Positions 54,082-61,724 of a stretch of DNA of 64,000 nucleotides are shown piece by piece. The translations under genes were made by a program, and so were the position numbers. The first letter of the stretch is position 1; each line of letters starts with the position of its first letter. Source of the DNA: Myxococcota bacterium (GTDB lineage Bacteria; Myxococcota_A; UBA796; SXON01); NCBI GenBank assembly GCA_049322475.1, contig JBMOQZ010000309.1:1320-65319 (forward strand), in the 5' to 3' direction. The notes beneath the pieces are model-generated. The model did not search any database and was not told the origin of the DNA. It saw nothing but the letters and a program-made list of their open reading frames with translations.

Positions 54082-55119
54082 ATGCCCGTCACGCTCGTCC
54101 GCAAGTCCATCTCCGTCGACGTGCACGACGCCGACGCGGTGCGCGCCTGGCTCAAGGAGAGCGTCGCGCTCGAGATCAAGCTCAAGGGTCAGCCGATCAC
54201 CCAGCTCGTGTTCCTCGCCGACGGCTACGAGGAGGTGCTGGACCTGACGACCGCCGTCCGGGACGACCGCGGCGCGAGCATGGGCGCGACGTTCCAGATG
54301 CTGCGCCGGCGGCCGCAGGTCGAGCGCGCGTTCGCCATCGTCCGCGCGGAGATCACCGACAAGGAGGACAAGGAGCACTCCTTCGCCCTCGTGTTCGAGG
54401 AGATCGCGGAGCCCGACGAGCCCCGGCGGTGGTGGATGTCCATGCAGGAGTTCCACACCGACCCCAACACCGAGCTCGGCCACCTGATCGGCGACTGGAA
54501 GGACGCGGCGTACGAGACCACCGACATCAACCACCTCATGCCCTTCTTGCGCGAGTTCGCGATGCCGCCGCCCGGCAGCAGGCCGGCTCGCGTCCTGCCT
54601 CCGCGGGCGACGCAGCCCGACATCCAGGTGGCGATGGACAACCTGCCGCCGAACGCGCCCTCGCCCACCACCGCGAAGATGATGGTGGAGCTCGCCGGGC
54701 AGCTCGCCGTCGGCGATCTGCTCAAGGGCGCCGTGAAGGGCACGGTCGTCGTCCGCTACGCGCAGCGGGTCTGGGAGATGTGGGTGCTGGGCGGTGAGAT
54801 GCCCACCGAGCTGGAGGACATGGTTCGCTACATCGCGAACAAGCGTGAGCCGCCCGCAGAGGGCGTCGCCGTCGCGATGGTCGCGATCATGCCGCAGGAC
54901 GTCCCGCCCGTGCCGTTCGTGCAGGTCATCGGCGAGATGGACGGCAAGTTCGTCGAGACGCGCGCGCCCATCGAGTTCCCGGAGGGTCCGGCGGGGCCGA
55001 AGCGCCTCCGCGAGATCCGCTGGTGGGACGCGAAGCCCGTGCCCGAAAGCGGCATGTGGCTCGGCGTGGACCCGAACGTGACGTTCGACTTGGGGCCGCT
55101 CAACGTCGGCGAGGGGTGA
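54082..55119 (+). CDS. Hypothetical protein (345 aa)
   Basis: ATG at 54082 (MPVTLVRKSISVDVHD..). Divergent from the previous gene. No motif recognised. Confidence 0.55.
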   Translation: MPVTLVRKSISVDVHDADAVRAWLKESVALEIKLKGQPITQLVFLADGYEEVLDLTTAVRDDRGASMGATFQMLRRRPQVERAFAIVRAEITDKEDKEHSFALVFEEIAEPDEPRRWWMSMQEFHTDPNTELGHLIGDWKDAAYETTDINHLMPFLREFAMPPPGSRPARVLPPRATQPDIQVAMDNLPPNAPSPTTAKMMVELAGQLAVGDLLKGAVKGTVVVRYAQRVWEMWVLGGEMPTELEDMVRYIANKREPPAEGVAVAMVAIMPQDVPPVPFVQVIGEMDGKFVETRAPIEFPEGPAGPKRLREIRWWDAKPVPESGMWLGVDPNVTFDLGPLNVGEG

Positions 55120-55400
55120 TCGCGTAGTCCCGTCGGGCGATTCCTCGCCTGCGCCGACGGCCGGTTGGCCCCCCGTTCCCTCCCCGGCGGACACCGGTGT
55201 GAGCGCGTGATGCCGTTGGCGGCCCCTGCCTACCGTTCAGCGGTTGAAGGGTATGGGCCCGTTCAGGCACACGCAGATCGCGCGTCTCCGAGGGTGCGCA
55301 ATGCGTATGGTAGGCATCCCGACGCAAGCATCGGCTCCGTGATCTCGGGGCCAGCGGCGTCAGCCGGAGGTGGACAGAAGCCCCTCCCGCCTCGAAGGCG

Positions 55401-55409
55401 TGCTATAAT
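55401..55409 (+). promoter_or_regulatory. Perfect extended -10 element TGcTATAAT in an otherwise GC-rich non-coding stretch
   Basis: Read directly (gcgTGCTATAATg). No convincing ORF downstream before the hairpin at 55491. Confidence 0.25.
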
Positions 55410-55490
55410 GATGATGAGGACCCCCGACCGAGCCCGATGAGACGACTTTCACCTCGTCCACCCAACTCGATCAGGGATCCCGTTCGCTGA

Positions 55491-55526
55491 CCGCCGCCTT
55501 CCGCCCTGCCAGAGGGGAGGCGGCGG
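55491..55526. terminator. 12-bp GC-rich hairpin 6 nt downstream of the stop of gene 55532..56053 (no U-tract)
   Basis: ccgccgccttcc / ggaggcggcgg arms read directly from the sequence. Confidence 0.45.
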
Positions 55527-55531
55527 GCCAG

Positions 55532-56053
55532 CTACATCGTCACCTCCACGCCGGGGTTGACGGCGGTCTTCTTGGCGTCCGTGTTCCCCGCGTCGTCGGT
55601 TGCTGCCTGGACCATGGCGTAGGCGCCGTCCACGCGCCGCAGTTCGCCATTCGCGGCTGCGCGCCACATCGCGCTGTTGATGGTCTCCCGAGTGTAGGTC
55701 ATCGCCGGGTAGCGTTCCTTGGCCATCTCGTAGACCTCGGCCGGACGAAGCGGTCGCCCAGCCGTCTGCACCTGTTCGATCGCTACCTCTTTCGCGGTCG
55801 GGATCGGGGAGGGCGGGGTGGAGGCGGAGCATCCCTCAGGCACGCGGGACGCAACGGGGGCCATCGGGGACGGGATCGCGCCTTCTACCGGGGCACCGCC
55901 GACGAGCATACTGCGCACGGCCTGGAGGTGGGCGAGATCCGCCTGCGCGGCGGCTTCGCGCGCCTGCGCTTCCGCAGCTTGACGCCGCGCTTCGTCAATC
56001 GAGGCCGTACGGGCCTGGATCAGACGATCGATCTCTTTGACGGTGCTTGCCAT
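55532..56053 (-). CDS. Hypothetical protein (173 aa), coiled-coil N-terminus, possible wHTH C-terminus
   Basis: ATG at 56053 (MASTVKEIDRLIQARTASIDEARRQAAEAQ..). C-terminal string is RPLRPAEVYEMAKERYPAMTYTRETINSAMWRAAANGELRRV. Confidence 0.5.
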   Translation of the reverse strand: MASTVKEIDRLIQARTASIDEARRQAAEAQAREAAAQADLAHLQAVRSMLVGGAPVEGAIPSPMAPVASRVPEGCSASTPPSPIPTAKEVAIEQVQTAGRPLRPAEVYEMAKERYPAMTYTRETINSAMWRAAANGELRRVDGAYAMVQAATDDAGNTDAKKTAVNPGVEVTM

Positions 56054-56231
56054 GCAGGTATGGTAGCACGCCGGTTGCCGTATGCAATGGCCCCGTAGTG
56101 CCTCGACGCGAAAAAAGTTCGCCGACGTCAGCCACGCCATGCGGGGCGGGCTGGCAGGGCGCCCTCGGCGCTACGTCGCCCGCCCGGTGATCGAGTCCGG
56201 GCTGGCTGGCACGGGGTTGAAGGGTGGCATC

Positions 56232-56426
56232 GCGGTTGGCGCCTCGTTCCCTCCGCGGTGGACAACGCCCTCGCCCACCGCCGCTGCGGTTGCGAGCCTC
56301 GCTCGACGCGGTAGCCGTGGCACTTCTCGCGGTTGGACGCGCGGTTGACGCCCCCGTAGCCGCGGTCGGTGATGCGGTTGGTTTCGCTTACGGTTGGAAT
56401 GGGTGCGCGGTTGGGTGCGCGGTTGG
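56232..56426 (+). repeat. Array of 8 same-orientation (G/A)CGGTTG(G/A/C) iterons (plus 3 degenerate copies) upstream of gene 56498
   Basis: Copies start at 56232, 56286, 56329, 56341, 56374, 56390, 56407 and 56419. The last two form the tandem gtgcgcggttgg x2. Confidence 0.8.
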
Positions 56427-56439
56427 CGTATTAAACGCC
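56425..56439. promoter_or_regulatory. Palindrome GGCGT-N5-ACGCC about 58 nt upstream of ATG 56498
   Basis: ggcgtattaaacgcc. A similar GGCGT-N6-ACGCC lies at 62913-62928 upstream of the operon starting at 62891. Confidence 0.25.
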
Positions 56440-56497
56440 TGATTCCAGCGTCTTAGACCGCTCGTGGATACCGTTTCCCCATGCCGGGAGCGGCCCC

Positions 56498-57601
56498 ATG
56501 AGCGACACGCGCAACCTCGAATTCGAAGGGCTGGACAGGCTCGATGCCGTCATCCTGAAGCTCCGCGACGACATCGGGTACGTGTCGGTCGAGGAGGTGC
56601 TCACCCGCAACAAGACCGAGATGGTTGGCCGCGCCGAGTTCAGCATCACCGAGCTCGCCGCGTTCGTCGGGTCGAAGGAGGACGAGGAGGAGGACGAGAC
56701 CGAAGACGACGGAGCCCCGCCCTCCCTTGGCGACCTCTCGGCGCCGCTGACGGGCCCGACCGCCGAGGACCTCGCCGTCGCGATGACCCGCTTCGTCCGC
56801 CACACCATCGCGGCGAACATGACCGGCTGCCCTCGGCGGATCTTCAAGGTGAGCGTGTGGCGCCCCAAGGGGGGCGGCCAGTACCGCAGCGGGCGCGTCG
56901 TCTGCACCGACCCCGACTTCGACGAGGGCGAGGACCTCGGCTTCGACGAGCCCGCCAGCCCCGCGGCCATCGCCGCCGTCCCGACGCAGCCGCCCGCGCC
57001 CGCGCCCACTGTGGTCGCCCCTCCCGTCCACCTCGAGTTCCTGCCCGAGGCGCGGCCGTGGCGCGCGCTGTCGGATGCCTACACCAATCTCATCGGGCTC
57101 CTGCAGACCTCCTACAACCACCTCGCGAACCTCCAGACCGCGACCATCGACGGCCAGAACAAGCAGAACATCCGCCTCCACCGCGTCATGGAGGCGCTCG
57201 TCACCGAGCTCACGAACCTCCGCCTCGGTCTCACCGAGCAGGCCGACGAGCGGCGCCAGGAGGACCAAAAGGCGCGGCTCCACGCCGAGCTCGGCAAGCA
57301 GTTCTTCGAGCAGCTCGGCTCCGTCGGCCGCGCGTACGTCTCGTCGAAGTCAAGCCTCCCGCCCGAGCTCGCCCCGCTCGCGGAGGCGCTCATGGCGACG
57401 CCCGAGCTGATGGAGGTGATCCGCTCGCCCGAGGGCCAAGCGCTGCTCAACGACCCGGCCACGCGCCTCCAGCTCGCCGGGATCCTCAAGTTCTCGGCCC
57501 AGCGGAACGCCGAGCGCGAGGCCGCCGCCCGCGCGCAGCCCGCCGCCCCGCGGCCCCCCGACCCCGACCCTCCCCTCGCCGACGACCCGCCGGCGGCCTG
57601 A
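56498..57601 (+). CDS. Unknown-function family 'A', copy 2 (367 aa)
   Basis: Paralogue of 26526..27650 (see that entry). Confidence 0.65.
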   Translation: MSDTRNLEFEGLDRLDAVILKLRDDIGYVSVEEVLTRNKTEMVGRAEFSITELAAFVGSKEDEEEDETEDDGAPPSLGDLSAPLTGPTAEDLAVAMTRFVRHTIAANMTGCPRRIFKVSVWRPKGGGQYRSGRVVCTDPDFDEGEDLGFDEPASPAAIAAVPTQPPAPAPTVVAPPVHLEFLPEARPWRALSDAYTNLIGLLQTSYNHLANLQTATIDGQNKQNIRLHRVMEALVTELTNLRLGLTEQADERRQEDQKARLHAELGKQFFEQLGSVGRAYVSSKSSLPPELAPLAEALMATPELMEVIRSPEGQALLNDPATRLQLAGILKFSAQRNAEREAAARAQPAAPRPPDPDPPLADDPPAA

Positions 57602-57629
57602 TCCCACCCCGTCCCCCCAAGGAGCCACG

Positions 57630-58271
57630 ATGCCCACCAACCCGACCCCCACCACCACCCCTGCCGCCCGCGTCGACAACGCGCCCGTCTGGTCCCGCGC
57701 GACGACGGCGTTCGCCAAGGAGAGCTTCGACGTGCGCTCCCGTGAGGACTTCGTGAGCGCGCTCGAGGCCTTCGCCGACCTCTCGGCCGGCGAGCGCGCG
57801 TTCCACCAGGCGCACCTCGTCTTCCGGCAGGTGCAGGCCCTCGACGACATCCACCGCGTGCTCGTCCGCATCGACCAGAAGCTCGGCGCGATCGACGCCG
57901 ACGCCCTCGCGCAAGTCAAGCACCTGCCCGCCGTCCGCAAGGCGCTCGTCGCCATCGCGCGCGGCCAGCAGGACCTGCTCGACCTCATGGAGGACGCGCC
58001 CTCCAGCCCCCGGACCGAGGGCGACCGCGACCCCGTCGACGAGGACGAGGAGCCGGACGACGACGACCACGACGAGCCGGACGACGACGACGACGTCGCG
58101 AGCGAGCTCGCCGACGCCGTGGACGCCGACATCGTCGAGGAGGAGGACCACGGCAACGGCGACCAGCCGGCGCTTGTGCCCGAGGTGCTGACCGCCGGCG
58201 CCCGGCGCGAGCCGCGCGAGCTCACCGCCGAGGACGTGCTCGACCGGCACCGTGAAGGAGGTGGCGCGTGA
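57630..58271 (+). CDS. Hypothetical acidic protein (213 aa)
   Basis: AAGGAG RBS 5 nt upstream. Contains DEDEEPDDDDHDEPDDDDDV. Confidence 0.55.
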   Translation: MPTNPTPTTTPAARVDNAPVWSRATTAFAKESFDVRSREDFVSALEAFADLSAGERAFHQAHLVFRQVQALDDIHRVLVRIDQKLGAIDADALAQVKHLPAVRKALVAIARGQQDLLDLMEDAPSSPRTEGDRDPVDEDEEPDDDDHDEPDDDDDVASELADAVDADIVEEEDHGNGDQPALVPEVLTAGARREPRELTAEDVLDRHREGGGA

Positions 58272-58759
58272 ACCCGCTGCTCCGCGATCTGCCCGACGCT
58301 CTCCGCGTCAACCTCACCGTGCCCTCGACGACCGTGCGCCTCGGTCCCATCGCCTTCGACGCGCTGAAGACGATGCTCGGCGTGGACCTCGGCGAGGTGC
58401 TCGCCCCGCTCATGGTGGCGGCGAGGCACCAGCGGCCGCTTCCGGGCGGCGGCGTGCTCGACGTGTTCCCGCTCGCGATCCCCGAGGGCGAAGGCCTCAC
58501 GGTCCCCATCCGCATGTTCGGGGAGCTCGGCTTCAAGAACATGCACGGCTTCCTCCTCCTGATCCTGCCGGCCGCGCTCGCCGAGGTCGTGCAGGCGCAG
58601 CTCGCGCAGGAGATCGTGGACAAGCTCGCCGCGGGGCCGCGGTTCAACTACGGCACGAACGGCGGCTACGTGTGCGAGTTCGCCGTCCGCCTCGTCCCCG
58701 GGATGCGCAAGGCCATCCCGCTTGCCAACCTCGGCGAAATCGGCGTGGAGGCGGCATGA
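58268..58759 (+). CDS. Hypothetical protein (163 aa)
   Basis: 4-nt overlap with the upstream gene and ATGA overlap with the downstream gene. Confidence 0.5.
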   Translation: MNPLLRDLPDALRVNLTVPSTTVRLGPIAFDALKTMLGVDLGEVLAPLMVAARHQRPLPGGGVLDVFPLAIPEGEGLTVPIRMFGELGFKNMHGFLLLILPAALAEVVQAQLAQEIVDKLAAGPRFNYGTNGGYVCEFAVRLVPGMRKAIPLANLGEIGVEAA

Positions 58760-59001
58760 AGGTCGGGAACCGCTACTGGTTGAAGGGGGAGTCGGTCCGC
58801 GAGCTCGTGGACCAGCGCCACCTGTCCCACCAGGAGTTCGCCGCGCTGCTCGGCGTGTCCAGGGCCTACTGGTCGCAGATCGTGAACGGCCGGCGGGCGC
58901 TCACGCCGAAGGTGCGGCGAGCGCTGCTCGTCGCGCTCCCCGGCGACGAGGCCCGGCTCTGGCGCATCGAGCGGCGACCGTTGCCGGGCGCCGCGGGGTG
59001 A
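58756..59001 (+). CDS. XRE-family HTH protein (81 aa)
   Basis: LSHQEFAALLGVSRAYWSQIVNGRRAL. Confidence 0.65.
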   Translation: MKVGNRYWLKGESVRELVDQRHLSHQEFAALLGVSRAYWSQIVNGRRALTPKVRRALLVALPGDEARLWRIERRPLPGAAG

Positions 59002-59276
59002 CCGTGCCCGTCACCGTCCCTCTGTTCCCGTGGCACGTCGACCCGCCCTACGCCGGGCGCGGTCGACGGCCTCGGGCGCAGGCGGCGGTGCTTGCGGCCG
59101 TTCGCGCGAGCGGCGACGGCGTCACCGTCGCGGCGCTCGCGGAGGCCACGGGGCGATCGTCGGCGAACGTGCGGCGGTGCCTGCGGGCGCTGGTCCGCGC
59201 GTCGCTCATCGAGCGTGGGCTGGGAGCGCGGACGCCGGTGTGGCGGGGCGCCACGGCGCAGACACAGGCGATTTAA
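58998..59276 (+). CDS. Small winged-helix (MarR/ArsR-like) protein (92 aa)
   Basis: GTGA-coupled GTG start. AVLAAVRASGDGVTVAALAEATGRSSANVRRCLRALVRASLIER. Confidence 0.5.
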   Translation: MTVPVTVPLFPWHVDPPYAGRGRRPRAQAAVLAAVRASGDGVTVAALAEATGRSSANVRRCLRALVRASLIERGLGARTPVWRGATAQTQAI

Positions 59277-59291
59277 CCCTGCAGCCCGAGG

Positions 59292-59316
59292 CCCGCCGGG
59301 AGGACATGCCGGCGGG
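59292..59316. terminator. 8-bp GC hairpin between convergent genes (bidirectional terminator candidate)
   Basis: cccgccgg-N9-ccggcggg, read directly. Confidence 0.4.
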
Positions 59317-59334
59317 CGCGGGCGGAGGGAGGAT

Positions 59335-60015
59335 TCAGTTCGGCAGGATCAGGTCCGCGAGCCCGAGCCGGGTCCGCAGCGGGCGCCCGAGCAGGTGCTC
59401 CATCGCCTCGACGCGCAGGGCGCCCCACTCCTCGTGGGTGACCACATGGTCTTCGCGCAGCGCGTCCGCGAGCTGGACGAGCTCGCGGTACTCGCCCTTC
59501 CGGTCGTCGGCCTTCCGGAAACGGACGCCGAGCGCCTTGAGCTTCGCGACCGCCTCCGCGAGCGCGGCCTTTGAGCCGGAGGGGACCTCCTCGCCGGCCA
59601 TCGCGCGGGCGAGAGCGGTCCGCGCGAGCGGCGGCGAGCTGCCCACCGCGCCGACGAAGCGCGGCAGGACCGTGTCGCCGAGGAAGTCGGCGAGGGCGAG
59701 CGAGCGCCGAACCCGGGCGACCCGGAGGCACTTGCTCGCGCCGCGGAGGAACAGGACGAGGCCGTCGCGCACGTCGGGCCAGTCCGGGAGGTCACGGCGA
59801 AGCGCGGCCAGCTCGGCACCGTCGAGCCGGGCGATGTCCTCGTCCTCCTCGAGCGAGCCCGCCCAGTCGCGGACGATCTGGTCGACGAAGCGCTGCCCCG
59901 GCGCCGAGTACCCAGCGGCGATGGCTAGCTGCCGGGGCAGGAAGGCGGGGCGACCGCGGACCTCGAGGACGGTGATGGGCTGGTCGTCGAAGTCGACGGT
60001 GAAGAGGACGGTCAC
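59335..60015 (-). CDS. Bro-N domain protein (prophage antirepressor-like)
   Basis: GTG start with GGAG 6 nt upstream. FTVDFDDQPITVLEVRGRPAFLPRQLAIAAGYSAPGQ fits the Bro-N pattern (F.F....vR.....G.pwF...dva..lGy). Confidence 0.5.
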   Translation of the reverse strand: MTVLFTVDFDDQPITVLEVRGRPAFLPRQLAIAAGYSAPGQRFVDQIVRDWAGSLEEDEDIARLDGAELAALRRDLPDWPDVRDGLVLFLRGASKCLRVARVRRSLALADFLGDTVLPRFVGAVGSSPPLARTALARAMAGEEVPSGSKAALAEAVAKLKALGVRFRKADDRKGEYRELVQLADALREDHVVTHEEWGALRVEAMEHLLGRPLRTRLGLADLILPN

Positions 60016-60108
60016 GGGGGCTCCGAGGTTGGTGCCCCCTCGGTAGGCTGACCGCGCGGTACGGACCGTTAGCCGAGTGTGAGTCGCCCGCGTGGACGGG
60101 CGCAGCGC

Positions 60109-60699
60109 CTACGTCGGAAGCGTCGCCAGCGCCGCGATCATCGCCTCGTCCAGCCGCGCGAACTGCTCCGCCATCGTCACGGGCGCGCCCCCGGCTGGAG
60201 TCGCGATCCCCTCGCCGACGACGATGCAGTCCGCGCCCAGCTTCTCGCGCAACCGCTCGAGCGCCTCCGCGGCCACGCGGGCACGACGGCGGCCCTCGAA
60301 GGCGAACGGGAGCGTCACGACCGCTCGAACCCGGACCCCGAGGTCGCGTGCGAGGTCACAGACAGGGAGAGCCGCGCCCGAGCCGGTTCCGCCTCCGAGC
60401 CCGACGAGGAGGACGACGTCGGAGGCGCCAGTGATCGCGTCGTGGACGGCGGCGGAATCATCCAGCGCGCACCGCTGGCCCACCTCCGCGTCGCCGCCCG
60501 CGCCGAGGCCGCGCACGACCGTGGTACCGAGCTGCACCCGGATGCTCGCTGCGGCACGCCGGAGGTCCTGGGCATCCGTGTTCATGGCGACAAGGTCGAC
60601 GCCCGCTGCCTTTCCGTCGCGGACGAGCCGGTTCATCGCGTTGCAGGCGCCGCCACCGAGGGCGATGACGCGACGGCGGGTCGGGTTCGCAGGCTCCAC
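60109..60699 (-). CDS. FtsZ homologue consisting only of the N-terminal GTP-binding domain (196 aa)
   Basis: VIALGGGACNAMNRL, AMNTDAQDL, RGLGAGGDAEVG, LVGLGGGTGSGAALPV and VVTLPFAFEGRRR are collinear with E. coli FtsZ VIGVGGGGGNAV, AVNTDAQAL, KGLGAGANPEVG, AAGMGGGTGTGAAPV and VVTKPFNFEGKKR. The ORF ends before the T7 loop. Confidence 0.8.
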   Translation of the reverse strand: MEPANPTRRRVIALGGGACNAMNRLVRDGKAAGVDLVAMNTDAQDLRRAAASIRVQLGTTVVRGLGAGGDAEVGQRCALDDSAAVHDAITGASDVVLLVGLGGGTGSGAALPVCDLARDLGVRVRAVVTLPFAFEGRRRARVAAEALERLREKLGADCIVVGEGIATPAGGAPVTMAEQFARLDEAMIAALATLPT

Positions 60700-60714
60700 G
60701 TGCCTCGCTATCCC

Positions 60715-61710
60715 TCACGCCGCGGCGGCGCGCACCTGCTCCGGACGGAGCGACAGCCGGTAGCCGCCGCGCGCCACGTCCCCGCGCTGGTTCTCCAGCG
60801 CTCCCTCGAGCCCCACGCCGCGCAGGGCCGCTCGAGCCTCCGCCACCGTGATCCGGAGCCGCGCGTCGAAGCGCTCGGGGTTCACCCCGCGGGGGATGTC
60901 GCCGTCGCGGGTGTGCTCCTCATGCCAGAGCCGCCGCCAGAGCTCGCGCCGGCTCATCCACTCGCCAGGGTTCTCGGCAAGGACGCGGAGAAGCTGGACG
61001 GCGAGCCCGCGCGTCACGGGTACGACGACGCGACCGTGCCACAGCACGCCGTCGGCGCTGAAGTCCAGCCCGTGGAATGGGCGCACGTAGACCGCCCCGC
61101 GGAACGTTCGCCGGGCGAGGATCGGCCCGAGATCGGCCGAGAGCCGCTCCCCGACGGTGAGCACCTCGTCCAGCCCCGCCCACACCAGCTGGGCGCTCCC
61201 TATGCGCGCGGGCGCGTCGGCCGGCAGCGTCCGCGCGTCGGGCACGAGCACCACCCGCACGCTCGGACCGCCCCTCGCGAGGCGTCGAAGAACGTCGAGG
61301 GCATCGCGGTAGCGGAGGCCGGCGCAGAAGTCGAAGGCCACGAGCTCCTCGCCCACCTGCCGCCGCCCGAGCGCCATCACCGGCCCGCGCTGGCCGGGTG
61401 TCCCGTCGAGCTCGAGCGCGGTCGCGAGCCTCGCGGCGAAGGAGTCGGGGCGCAGGACCAGGCGCGCGGGCACCGGCCCGAGTTCCTCGTCGGGGCACTC
61501 GTTTGCGCTCGTACAGACGGCAACGGCGCCGCCGGGCTCGAAGATCACACGCGCGTCCCGCCGACACTCCGAGCAGGGCACGGTGTCGTAGTGCCGGAGC
61601 GCCACCGGCTCGAGGACGCCCGAGCGTTGCAGCAGGTGGACGTGGCTGCCGCCGAGCGACGCGACGAGCTGGTGCGCCGGCGCCGCCGGGGGCCATTGGC
61701 GGCCCGCCAT
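60715..61710 (-). CDS. Protein with a Cys cluster and a C-terminal OmpR/trans_reg_C-like winged helix (331 aa)
   Basis: ATG at 61710. Cys cluster is VPCSECRRD..VCTSANECP. C-terminus is LAVQLLRVLAENPGEWMSRRELWRRLW...RLRITVAEARAAL...ARGGYRLSL. Confidence 0.55.
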   Translation of the reverse strand: MAGRQWPPAAPAHQLVASLGGSHVHLLQRSGVLEPVALRHYDTVPCSECRRDARVIFEPGGAVAVCTSANECPDEELGPVPARLVLRPDSFAARLATALELDGTPGQRGPVMALGRRQVGEELVAFDFCAGLRYRDALDVLRRLARGGPSVRVVLVPDARTLPADAPARIGSAQLVWAGLDEVLTVGERLSADLGPILARRTFRGAVYVRPFHGLDFSADGVLWHGRVVVPVTRGLAVQLLRVLAENPGEWMSRRELWRRLWHEEHTRDGDIPRGVNPERFDARLRITVAEARAALRGVGLEGALENQRGDVARGGYRLSLRPEQVRAAAA

Positions 61711-61724
61711 CGTCCAGAAGCGGT

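Noticed and set aside
56207-56222. Perfect -24 element TGGCACG upstream of the iteron array.
   Set aside because: The position where the -12 TTGC should lie reads TGAAG, with no GC dinucleotide at the required spacing. A second TGGCAC at about 56318 also lacks a -12 element.
56232-60699. TubZRC-like partition system (tubulin/FtsZ-like GTPase plus wHTH adaptor plus centromeric iterons).
   Set aside because: The FtsZ-like protein lacks the T7 loop and C-terminal domain needed to polymerise. The iterons are 3.7 kb away, upstream of a different, oppositely oriented operon. The wHTH partner is a 331-aa multidomain protein, not TubR-like. The idea is kept only as a remote alternative.
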